From: a virus
IMG/VR virus record: IMGVR_UViG_3300031576_000006
Coordinates: 1-64,000 of that record
Strand: one strand, 5' to 3'
DNA length: 64,000 nt
Each line of letters begins with the position of its first letter. The first letter of the stretch is position 1. A program made the translations under genes and the position numbers. Below the pieces are notes generated by a model, which ran no database searches, was not told the origin of the DNA, and was given only the letters and a program-made list of their open reading frames with translations. Below, piece by piece: positions 19,232-28,142 of the stretch.

Positions 19232-20292
19232 TGAAAAAGAACATGTCTGAAGTTTTAAATCGTATGTGTAAGTCGTTGAGCGCCTCAGAAGGTAAATCTG
19301 TAAAGCAGCATCCGTGGAGAAAAGTTCCAGCAGTTTTTGGCGGTGATCGGGGTGCCAGAACAAGAGCAACAATAGAAGCACAAAAGAAAAAATACGGAAA
19401 AGATGTTGTTCGTGATTCATTTAAAGATAGGCTCGGCGTCGAAAAAGTAGAACCTCTTTCTAAGCCTTACGCCTCTGAAGCTCAACGCGGCAAATTCCAT
19501 GCTATGGAAAATCGTGGCGAAATCAGTCATGCAACTGTAGCTGAATGGGATAAAGAATCAAAGGGCAAAAAATTGCCTGAACGTGTAGCAAAAACCGAAG
19601 GATTGAAGAAATGGAACTTTTCTCATATAAGAGATCAACTTAGAATAGAAGCTAAAAATAAAGAAAAGGGTATCAATAAGCCATTGGCTGGCAAGCCCGG
19701 TCAATCTCATATGGGGTTAGATGTTAGAGGTGCAGCAGTACAAGAAGCGAGGCGTAAAGAAAATCCCATTTTTGATAAATTATCAAGGTTAACAGGTCAA
19801 CCTTCTCATGGGAAAAATATACAAGAAGCTAAGGTAGACGCCAGAAAACAGGCCCACACGGTTTTGAATGAAATTCGAACTATGTCCAGGCCAAAACTCA
19901 CAAGATCTGAATTGGAAAAATTTGATCAGGATCTAAATAAAACCTGGGGATTAAGAAAAGACATCAATTTTAAACTGCAGGCACCGCAAAAACCCAAAGA
20001 TCCAGTTATGAATCCAGCTACCCCACCTAAGCCTGCTAGCGATACTTACAAACAAAAAGCAACCGCTTTTGTTCAGAAACCGCCAGTGAAAAAAAATATA
20101 CCAACACGATCTGATTTAGAGAAGTTTGATCAGGATCTAAATAAATCTTGGGGTAAGGCCGAAGGCGCTCCTGCTCCTGCTTCGAAACCAGCTATGCCAA
20201 AACGGCCTGCGATGCCAAAAATGAAATCAATAAAATCTCCTGTGCCTAAAAAAGCGCCAGATATGCAAATGAATGAAGATAAAAATAAGTAA
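19231..20292 (+). CDS. Basic low-complexity internal head protein with internal repeat
   Basis: TRS(E/D)LEKFDQDLNK(T/S)WG twice; PYASEAQR.KFHA...GEIS...V.EWD...KLPERV mini-domain. Confidence 0.55.
   Translation: MKKNMSEVLNRMCKSLSASEGKSVKQHPWRKVPAVFGGDRGARTRATIEAQKKKYGKDVVRDSFKDRLGVEKVEPLSKPYASEAQRGKFHAMENRGEISHATVAEWDKESKGKKLPERVAKTEGLKKWNFSHIRDQLRIEAKNKEKGINKPLAGKPGQSHMGLDVRGAAVQEARRKENPIFDKLSRLTGQPSHGKNIQEAKVDARKQAHTVLNEIRTMSRPKLTRSELEKFDQDLNKTWGLRKDINFKLQAPQKPKDPVMNPATPPKPASDTYKQKATAFVQKPPVKKNIPTRSDLEKFDQDLNKSWGKAEGAPAPASKPAMPKRPAMPKMKSIKSPVPKKAPDMQMNEDKNK
19921..20145 (+). repeat. 21-bp exact direct repeat TTTGATCAGGATCTAAATAAA (19921..19941, 20125..20145)
   Basis: Read directly from the sequence. 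Confidence 0.85.
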
Positions 20293-20305
20293 TTGAAATT
20301 TTTAC

Positions 20306-20578
20306 ATGGAATTAACAAGACCTATGTCTAACAATAACAATAATAATAAAAATCGACCTAAAAAGGATCAGGATATTACTAGTGACGAAACGGTCCAAAA
20401 TACCGCTCCTGTTTTCGGTTGGTCTTCGTTTGATCATTTTTGGTCTTCTTGTGTAAAAAATGGAACACCGTCTATAAAATCTTCATGTATCGCACACCTC
20501 AAAGCTACTAATCGTTGGCAGGATCAATCTAAATGGGTTGAGGGGTGTACACACTTCGGAATACCAATTGAAAAATAG
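20306..20578 (+). CDS. Small hypothetical protein preceding the tail sheath
   Basis: 90-aa ORF; true start may be ATG 20324. Confidence 0.55.
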   Translation: MELTRPMSNNNNNNKNRPKKDQDITSDETVQNTAPVFGWSSFDHFWSSCVKNGTPSIKSSCIAHLKATNRWQDQSKWVEGCTHFGIPIEK

Positions 20579-20590
20579 TAAGAATTTCAA

Positions 20591-20615
20591 TAGGTTGTGT
20601 TACAAACTTAATAAT
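20591..20615 (+). promoter_or_regulatory. Candidate late promoter motif (sheath operon)
   Basis: TAGGTT-GTGTT-ACAAA-CTTAAT-AAT; its end overlaps the ATG at 20614. Confidence 0.7.
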
Positions 20616-21021
20616 GGGTCGTATGGTTATATACAGAATTGTAAATCAAATGAATCAAAAGTGCTATATTGGTCAAACAATTATGGAACCTAAAAAGCGA
20701 TGGAACGCACACAAATACAAGCGTGGTTCATCTGCCATACATTCTGCTATAAAAAAATACGGTATTGAAAATTTTACATTTGATATAATCGACCATACTT
20801 CGTCTTTGAATACAAAAAGTCAAATTCGTTTCTTCAAAAATTCATGCGGAGAAATTATAGAAGTATCGATCTTATCAGATTTTTGTAAAGGCTGTAATTT
20901 AACAGATTACAATATGAGGCGGGTTTTCAACGGAAAGCGCAAATCTCATAAAAATTGGACTCGCCCGTCTGATTTAGAAATAAAATTATTTTTAGAAAAT
21001 AACAGGAGTCACAATGTCTAG
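20614..21021 (+). pseudogene. Internally deleted GIY-YIG endonuclease relic
   Basis: VIY...CYIGQT...RW..H...AIKKYG present, but the catalytic Glu helix and GYN motif are missing; fused to a C-terminal helical tail. Confidence 0.65.
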
Positions 21022-23821
21022 AACTTTTACTGATAGTAACGGAGTTACGTTAATTATCCCGGATAGTTCAGTAACCACTAACGTAGTTAGCCAGCCTACC
21101 GGTATTGCTACTACTGGAGTTATTGCTTTAGTCGGTGAGGCCGATCAAGGTTCACACTGGTCAGAAGAAGAAAAATTATCAGATAATAGCTTTGGTCCGC
21201 TCGACCTAGCGCGTGTTGTTTCTAAATACGGCTCAGGCCGACTTGTTGATGGATTCCGAGGTCTTATAGGTGCCTCATCTGGTCCAAGAATCCAAGGTTC
21301 TTTCAGTAGAGCTATTCTTGTAAAGCCTAACCTTGGCAATAAGGCTTCTAAGGCCACTGACGATGGTCACGGCACACTTAAGGCAAAATTAGCCGGTGCC
21401 CCTGGAAATAATATTAAAGAAACTATCTCTGCTGATACAGCAGAGGCCGCTCCTACTACTGGAAGCTTCTCTTATGTACCAAGTGCAAGTTCGTCTTCAT
21501 TGGCTGCCCGTGTAAACGGTGGAGCTAAGCAGACACTCGCAATATCCGCAGATCAAACACCTGCGTCTTTAGCCAGTGCCATCACCGGCTTAGCCAATCT
21601 TAATGCTGTTGGAGGAGTCGATCGAGTAATCACTTCCGGTCTTTCAATCGCAAACAGCGTTGCTGTTGCAGTAGTTTCAGGACAAAACGTAACTATTACA
21701 CTTACCGCTCCTGCAGTTTGGGGTGCTTCACCACAGGTTGGTGACACCGTTCGTATTCCACTCGGTTCTGTGATTGCCGGTGTCGCTAATGCCAACGTAG
21801 GTTGGTACTTAGTTACCGCATCATCTAACACTGCTACTCTCGCTCAGATTTCTGCAAAGAAAATCACAGCTGGTGCTCCAGTTGCCGTTTCAGCAGTTGC
21901 ATTCTCAGCTACTCCAGCAAGCGATATTGTAGATTACAGTTACATGAGAATTGACAACATGTCTGGCCGTAACAGAGATATTCTCTCTGCTTTAGTCGGT
22001 CAAAGTGCCGCTGTTACCGTAGCAGCTTCAGCCCTTACATTTACTTTGGTCGGTTCAAATGTTTTCAGCACTAAACCACGAGTCGGAGATATCGTATATA
22101 TCCCGTCAGGTTCGGCTTTCGCAGGCGCTGGTTCTGCAAACGTTGGATGGTATCAAATTACCGCTTCCAGCAATTTTGCAACTGCCGCATTCTTCACAGC
22201 TTCTCGTCTTTCTAACGGTTCACCTGTTGCCGTAGCCTCTACACCTATCGTAGCGACTACCGATATTCAAGACTACGATCGTCAGATCCGTGGTTCCGGT
22301 AAGGCATTGGAATTATATGACAACGCCGGTACTGTAAATGTTAATACAGTCCTCAAACAATTGGGTGCAGATTCTGCAGCTAGTTGGCTTGAAGTATTGA
22401 CTACCTCTTCCGCAGAACTCAAAAAACGAATTGATCTTTCTAAGCCAAATCCACTTGTTACCGAATCCTTTATTCACGGCGGAAATATCGTCCTTCAATT
22501 GGGATATAAAGGTACAACTGCAATTGCTACAGTAATCACTAGCTCTGGAATTAAAAAACTTCAAACTACCGTTACTGGTGGAGTCGGAGCCAATCTCGAT
22601 ATTACCTTGTCGAATTATAATTCAATCAGTGATTTGGTTGATTTTCTTAATCTACAGCCTGGATATAATGCAGCTGCACATTCTTCTCAAGAAGCTCAGC
22701 GCAATCCTTCTCAGGTACTTGATGAGGTTTCTGCAATCGGAATCGATTCAGATCTTTCCAATCGCCCAGGACGTATCAAAAGAGACATCTATGATATGAC
22801 TGCAGGTCTTGGAAACATCGCCCAAAATTCAGTATTAGTTACTTACGTAAATATTCTCAAAGCTGGTCTTCCGGAAGATGAAGGTCCTGCCTTCTTGTCT
22901 GGTGGAGCTAAAGGTGCGACTACTGGTTTGGCGTTTAGCCAAGCTATTGATGCATTGGCTAACGTCCGATGTAACTTCGTAGTTCCTCTTGCTAGCCGAG
23001 ACGCATCTGTTGACTCTGCTAACAATGAAACGGATGCCGCTTCAACATATACCGTTGATGCTATCAATGCCGCAGTGAAAACTCACTGTATTAATATGTC
23101 TACCCCTAAGGTTAAACGTCATCGCATTGGTTTCGTTTCTAAGAAAGGTACTTTCTCAGAAGCAAAAGCCTCTGCACAAACTATGGCGTCTTTCCGTATC
23201 GCTCACACTTTTGAAGATGCTAAGGATTTGGATAGTAATGCTAATATCTCTACCTTCCAACCTTGGATGGCTTCTTGTAAAGCTGCCGGTATGCAAGCCG
23301 CAGGATTTTACAGATCAATATTCAATAAGGCAATCAACATTTCTGGCATTGTTAATCCTTCAGGCTTTGACGATCAATCGCAGTCTCTTTGCGAAGATGC
23401 AGTTTCTGCAGGACTTCTTGTCATTCAACGTCAAGAAGATGGTACTTTTACTTTCTTGAGTGACCAATTGACTTATGGATTGGATAACAATTTCGTATAC
23501 AATTCTATTCAGGCTGTTTACGTTGCAGACATTATCTCATTGACTCTCGCCGAATCACTTAAGAAGGCTTTTGTCGGTGAATCAGTTGCTGACGTTACGC
23601 CGTCTGTTGCGATCTCATTCACCAAAGGTAAAATGGCAGAATTCTTGGATAAAAAACTCATCGTTGGAAGTTCTAAATTCCCATCTGGATGGAAAAATAT
23701 TCAAGTTACCATCGCCGATGGTGTTATGGCCGTTCGATGTGTCGTCATCGAAGCTACTTCAATTTACTTCATACCAATCAACGTTGATATCGAAGGTTTA
23801 CGTGACAGCGCAGCTGCTTAA
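21014..23821 (+). CDS. Tail sheath protein
   Basis: 935 aa; N-terminal GVIALVGEADQG, LSGG.KG.T, C-terminal sheath domain ending YFIPINVDI; AGGAG SD. Confidence 0.9.
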   Translation: MSRTFTDSNGVTLIIPDSSVTTNVVSQPTGIATTGVIALVGEADQGSHWSEEEKLSDNSFGPLDLARVVSKYGSGRLVDGFRGLIGASSGPRIQGSFSRAILVKPNLGNKASKATDDGHGTLKAKLAGAPGNNIKETISADTAEAAPTTGSFSYVPSASSSSLAARVNGGAKQTLAISADQTPASLASAITGLANLNAVGGVDRVITSGLSIANSVAVAVVSGQNVTITLTAPAVWGASPQVGDTVRIPLGSVIAGVANANVGWYLVTASSNTATLAQISAKKITAGAPVAVSAVAFSATPASDIVDYSYMRIDNMSGRNRDILSALVGQSAAVTVAASALTFTLVGSNVFSTKPRVGDIVYIPSGSAFAGAGSANVGWYQITASSNFATAAFFTASRLSNGSPVAVASTPIVATTDIQDYDRQIRGSGKALELYDNAGTVNVNTVLKQLGADSAASWLEVLTTSSAELKKRIDLSKPNPLVTESFIHGGNIVLQLGYKGTTAIATVITSSGIKKLQTTVTGGVGANLDITLSNYNSISDLVDFLNLQPGYNAAAHSSQEAQRNPSQVLDEVSAIGIDSDLSNRPGRIKRDIYDMTAGLGNIAQNSVLVTYVNILKAGLPEDEGPAFLSGGAKGATTGLAFSQAIDALANVRCNFVVPLASRDASVDSANNETDAASTYTVDAINAAVKTHCINMSTPKVKRHRIGFVSKKGTFSEAKASAQTMASFRIAHTFEDAKDLDSNANISTFQPWMASCKAAGMQAAGFYRSIFNKAINISGIVNPSGFDDQSQSLCEDAVSAGLLVIQRQEDGTFTFLSDQLTYGLDNNFVYNSIQAVYVADIISLTLAESLKKAFVGESVADVTPSVAISFTKGKMAEFLDKKLIVGSSKFPSGWKNIQVTIADGVMAVRCVVIEATSIYFIPINVDIEGLRDSAAA

Positions 23822-23822
23822 T

Positions 23823-24569
23823 ATGAAGATATGTAGAACTTGCAATATCGAAAAAGATTTTCCTTGCTTTACTAAACATAAAGGCAGGAAAGATGGACAT
23901 TTGGAAATCTGCAAAGATTGTCGTAAGTTATCGCGCAAAGATAAAACATCGCCAGAAGTGAATCGGGCTAAATATCTTAAAAATAAAGAAAGATATTTGG
24001 CGAAGCAGAAAGAATACCATTTAGCCAATCGAGAAGAACGGTGCGCTAAAATGAAAGAATACAATCAACGCACCGAGTATAGCAAAAACCACTATGCGGC
24101 CAATAAAGAAATTGTGGATGCAAAATGGAAGACGTATTACGAGAAAAATAAAAAAGTATTGCAGGCTAAAAATTTGCAATACAGAAAAGAAAGACTCAAG
24201 GTTGACCCTGGCTATAGAATACTTAATTCATGTAGACGCAGGTTGCGTAGAGCATTAAAGGGCGAAAGAAAACTTTATAATTTCATGAAAAATGTAGGAT
24301 GTTCTGCGGATCAACTGAAGTCATATCTCGAATCACAGTTCCAACCAGGGATGACTTGGCAAAATTATAGCAATAGAGGATGGCACATTGATCACATTAA
24401 ACCTCTGAGCAAGTTTGACTTAACAAAAGAAGATCAATTTCATCAAGCCATCCATTACACAAATCTTCAACCGTTATGGGCTGGAGATAATTTAAAAAAA
24501 TCTAACAAATTAGTTTGTGCTAATTTATCACCGGGAGGTGATTTATCGGAAGCCCTCACGTTATATTAA
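23823..24569 (+). mobile_element. Free-standing HNH homing endonuclease (start revised to ATG 23823)
   Basis: KICRTC...CKDC zinc finger; GCS...L..YLESQF..GMTW.NY...WHIDHIKP...HYTNLQPLWA.DN. Confidence 0.85.
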
Positions 24570-25012
24570 CGGGCGCTCGTGCCCAATTGATAATCGACGG
24601 TAAAATCGTCGGATTGTTTACAAGTTGTTCCTATAATATCACCTATGATGCAAATCCTGCATTTATCTTGGGACGTTACAGCGCAGCTGAAATTACTTAC
24701 ACTGCTCAAGATGTTATCTCGGTAGATGCAACTGGATTTCGCGTCATTGACGCCGGTCCACATGCCGTTGCCTCAGTTCCTAAGCTTCAAGATCTTTTGA
24801 ATCACGAAGACGTTGCATTATCATTGATAGACCGTAAAACCGGCAAGAACTTTATGACTGTCGTTGGCGTTCGCCCAATGGGATATAGTTCAAACGTGAC
24901 CGCTCGTGGCGTTGTGGAAATTTCTGCACGATTTATGGGACTTCGGGCTGAGGATGAAAGCGGCACGCAAAACGAATCTGGTGGAGCTTCATCTCTACTT
25001 AGCGGAACATAA
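24545..25012 (+). CDS. Tail tube protein (probable ATC start at 24545; ORF caller used TTG 24587)
   Basis: In-frame upstream extension GSPHVILTGARAQL is tube-like; GGAGG lies 6 nt before ATC; follows the sheath. Confidence 0.75.
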   Translation: MGSPHVILTGARAQLIIDGKIVGLFTSCSYNITYDANPAFILGRYSAAEITYTAQDVISVDATGFRVIDAGPHAVASVPKLQDLLNHEDVALSLIDRKTGKNFMTVVGVRPMGYSSNVTARGVVEISARFMGLRAEDESGTQNESGGASSLLSGT

Positions 25013-25047
25013 CAGTTTTGCTATAAAAATTATAACAAGTTTGCTAG

Positions 25048-25076
25048 AAACCTAGGCCTAAAAACCTGGGTTTTTT
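25048..25076 (+). terminator. Rho-independent terminator after tail tube
   Basis: AAACCTAGG-8nt-CCTGGGTTT plus T-run. Confidence 0.7.
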
Positions 25077-25194
25077 ATTTTGTCCACACCTCATACACCA
25101 TTCTGGCAGTGCATGATGTCATTAGGGCAGCAATACAATGGAACAACAAGAATCCTAAAGGATTTGATTTAAACCATTCCCAGTAGTGCTTCAT
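25075..25194 (-). CDS. 39-aa membrane peptide (not in ORF track)
   Basis: MKHYWEWFKSNPLGFLLFHCIAALMTSCTARMVYEVWTK; TAATG overlap with the upstream gene. Confidence 0.45.
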   Translation of the reverse strand: MKHYWEWFKSNPLGFLLFHCIAALMTSCTARMVYEVWTK

Positions 25195-26258
25195 TACTCT
25201 AAACCTAGCACATTGGTTTCTTTAGTTCTAATAATTCTAAAGAAAAATTGAAACGCTTCACTGTATTTTTTTGCAGACATTAATGATGCGGCGATAGAAG
25301 AATCAGAAAGTTTGTCAGAAAATTTTTTCGCTATCGTTTTTGGATCTAACTGACCAAATACATGCCTACCGGTATATTTATCCCATACTATGGCTGCGAA
25401 TAGCATCCCGTTAGCTGTTAAATTCTGTGCCTGGGAATTTAATTTTGCGCTCAGCTTACTTCCCTGATTTAAGTCTTGAAGTTGTACAAATCTTTTTAAG
25501 ACGGCTACTCCGAAATCAATAGCTTCTACTAAATCAGTTGTTGATTTAGCTTGCAACCTAAGTCCAAATTCTTCCGGTAATTCATTCGCTAAAATTTTTA
25601 TTCTTTTCGAAGAAGACCTGATCATTTTTTCAAAGTCCATATCCTTGTGCCCAGGCATTTCAGAAATGGCAATAACTATTTGACCTATTAAGGTTTTTTT
25701 ACCATCATCAATTATGGTAACCCCTAGAGCAGGTGATAGATCTGCTTGGGTTAATGTCTTTTTAATCAACCTACCTAAACCCAAATCTTCATTTGTGATC
25801 TTATCTTTGAGTGAATGAGATCGAACATTGTTTAGATTAGCATAGGCTCGCATTTTTTCAGATTCAGGTACGATGCGTATGGAAATTTTTACATCTTTAT
25901 AAGAATCTAGGGAGCCAGATTTGAATAGATCTATTAAAGCATAAATTCTATGGTGCCCATCTCTAATTTGGTATTGGTTATTCCCAAAATCTACCAAGGT
26001 TAATTGGCCAATATCATCGATATTGAATTTTTGTACAATCTCAGCTACTCTGGTAAAATTAATTTTTCCAGAACCTCTATTGCGAGCATATGGTGCTACC
26101 CTGCCGGTCATAATCGCATTCACTAAATCAATGGGGGTAGTTACGGCAAGATCTGATTTTTCTCCCACATCACTTAATTTAGTTAAAAAATTTACAGCCG
26201 TCGTTGCCCTTTTGACGCCCTTTTCAAAATCTGTTTGGTAGCCCTGTAGATCACCCAT
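25194..26258 (-). CDS. ParB/Srx-fold (DGxHR) domain protein
   Basis: YQIRDGHHRIYAL; upstream RNR; downstream E...YANLN; AGGAG SD. Confidence 0.6.
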   Translation of the reverse strand: MGDLQGYQTDFEKGVKRATTAVNFLTKLSDVGEKSDLAVTTPIDLVNAIMTGRVAPYARNRGSGKINFTRVAEIVQKFNIDDIGQLTLVDFGNNQYQIRDGHHRIYALIDLFKSGSLDSYKDVKISIRIVPESEKMRAYANLNNVRSHSLKDKITNEDLGLGRLIKKTLTQADLSPALGVTIIDDGKKTLIGQIVIAISEMPGHKDMDFEKMIRSSSKRIKILANELPEEFGLRLQAKSTTDLVEAIDFGVAVLKRFVQLQDLNQGSKLSAKLNSQAQNLTANGMLFAAIVWDKYTGRHVFGQLDPKTIAKKFSDKLSDSSIAASLMSAKKYSEAFQFFFRIIRTKETNVLGLE

Positions 26259-26466
26259 TTACATCTCCTTGTTTTGTTTCATTATAGTATTCATTGATTT
26301 TATTGTAAACACTTTTAATCGTGATACCCAACATTTTTGCGACTTTAGTTTTATTGCCCCCGGCTAATTTCATAGCCTTAAAAAAATGCTCCCTATTCAA
26401 TTCTTCAAAGGTTTGGAAATTCTCCACTGTAGAATTTTTTTCTGCTAGATTATCGGGTGTACTCAT
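26251..26466 (-). CDS. Stand-alone Fis/NtrC-type HTH protein
   Basis: TFEELNREHFFKAMKLAGGNKTKVAKMLGITIKSVYNKINEY. Confidence 0.8.
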   Translation of the reverse strand: MSTPDNLAEKNSTVENFQTFEELNREHFFKAMKLAGGNKTKVAKMLGITIKSVYNKINEYYNETKQGDVNG

Positions 26467-26474
26467 ATAATCTC

Positions 26475-26899
26475 CTATTTCGGCTCCTTAAGTTCTTTGA
26501 TTTCAATAATAGGCCAATCCCACCAACCATTGGCCGCTTCCCCTTTGACAAGATCCCAAACTTCAACTTCGGAATGGCCACGTCGTAACCCCGGCACATA
26601 GAGATATTTGTTTCCCAAAGATCCATCACTGCAAACCAGTCTGAATGTAAAAGCTTTCCCACTTTCAACGTCGCGAAGATAAGTCTCGTCAAGTTTTCGG
26701 ATGATTTCCTTAGCACCCTCTTCAAGGGAAAATTTACTATTTGGCCTAACGCAGCTATCACAAAGAAGCCAGTGCTGGCCGTTGCCTGAATAAATTAATC
26801 GAGCAGCAGTTCGCGGTCGTTGCTGACAGCTTTGACAAAGCTTATTGATTTTCAGGCTCTCTACTTGTCCAGCAGATGAATGAAGATACAGTGACATAT
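26475..26899 (-). CDS. Hypothetical protein with CxxC...CxxC zinc finger
   Basis: Part of ORF 26475..26987; likely start MSLYLH next to the upstream stop. Confidence 0.5.
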
Positions 26900-27939
26900 T
26901 AGAAAATCCTGTCAATGATTGAGGTAACGTAATTATTCTCCACTTTAAAGTCCTGATCTTTCTCTTGTTTAGTTCGTAGGGCTTCAATGAGAACCATGAA
27001 GTAGGCAGAATCTACACCAACAAGCTGATCTTCCAGAACGTCAATATTCGTTAGATCCAGCTGTGACAGCTGGAAGCACATTTTCAAATACTGACCAGCG
27101 TTGATATGGAATCCACGTTTAATGAACTTGCGTGTACGAATTACAGAGCAGAGTGGATACTTGCTGCCTTGATACTTAAGCTCTTTGGCCATCAAAGACT
27201 CAAGAGCCTCTGGCCGGAGAACCAATTCATCCTTACCGTAATCATAGTAATTTGTGCAATGAACGAAGTCGTAATTTTCATGGATCTGATCTGCTTCCCC
27301 GTAGAAACGGATCACGACCTGGATTTTATCAGAAAGAGTAATTGCATTACTGCTGAGGAATACTGGACGGTAGTCGTCTTGTTTCATAGCTTCACTGCCG
27401 GAACCTTCCAGCTTGTCGGCTCCTACTTGATCGGCTGTATCTAAAACATCAACCACGTCTTCAAATGGCTCATTCAGGATATTGTCATCCTCTGCTGCTA
27501 CGCCGTCCGAGCGAACAATAATTTTCACTCTGTCTGGTGTGCAACCAGCGATCATCCGAGTGAGGATCTTACCCTGATTAGTAAATTCTTTGTAAAGGTC
27601 ACTGGACGTTTTGATGCTGACCAAATTATCCATACGGTCAAGATCGGCTTCACCATCTAGGACGTAAGCCTTGGCACTTCCGCCTAGGCGATTTTTCTTA
27701 TCCTTATGTCTTTCATTGAATTGATTCACGTAATATCGAGAGACTGCAACGGTAGTTTCCTTGTCTTTGAAGTATATGTCGTAGTCTTTAACCTCTTCAC
27801 CAATAAGAAGGTTAGCGATTGAACCTCCAGTTAGGATAGTATTTTTTTCAACTAACTTTCGAACTTTTTCGTCAGTGATACTTTTCATCCATTTTGTAAG
27901 CTTTGACTTACAGATAGTTTTAATTGTTTTTCTGTTCAT
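26899..27939 (-). CDS. Pol-beta-superfamily nucleotidyltransferase (CCA/poly(A) polymerase head-like)
   Basis: LTGGSI...VKDYDIYF and YDFVHC motifs; start revised to MNRKTIK with a GGAGG SD. Confidence 0.7.
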   Translation of the reverse strand: MNRKTIKTICKSKLTKWMKSITDEKVRKLVEKNTILTGGSIANLLIGEEVKDYDIYFKDKETTVAVSRYYVNQFNERHKDKKNRLGGSAKAYVLDGEADLDRMDNLVSIKTSSDLYKEFTNQGKILTRMIAGCTPDRVKIIVRSDGVAAEDDNILNEPFEDVVDVLDTADQVGADKLEGSGSEAMKQDDYRPVFLSSNAITLSDKIQVVIRFYGEADQIHENYDFVHCTNYYDYGKDELVLRPEALESLMAKELKYQGSKYPLCSVIRTRKFIKRGFHINAGQYLKMCFQLSQLDLTNIDVLEDQLVGVDSAYFMVLIEALRTKQEKDQDFKVENNYVTSIIDRIF

Positions 27940-28141
27940 TTTGAGCCTCCTCGACTGATTGTAAAAATTTTCGAATGTAACGCATAAACAGTATAGCACG
28001 ATCTTCGTTCAGAAATGTAGCATTTCCAATGTCGCCTATGGGAACCGGGAAGACCAGACCGGTTTCCGTTTTGTAGTAAAGATTACCATCTCTGTAAAAT
28101 TGAAATTTTACAAGACCTTCAATGTGTTTTTTCAAGTCCAT
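27920..28141 (-). CDS. Conserved small phage protein (start revised)
   Basis: VKFQFYRDGNLYY...FPVPI.DIGNATF...MRYIRK. Confidence 0.6.
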   Translation of the reverse strand: MDLKKHIEGLVKFQFYRDGNLYYKTETGLVFPVPIGDIGNATFLNEDRAILFMRYIRKFLQSVEEAQNEQKNN

Positions 28142-28142
28142 G

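Noticed and set aside
23822-24586. Group I intron or intein around the HNH between sheath and tube
   Set aside because: The sheath ends with a normal C-terminus and stop, the HNH starts 1 nt later, and there is no room for intron core elements. It is free-standing.
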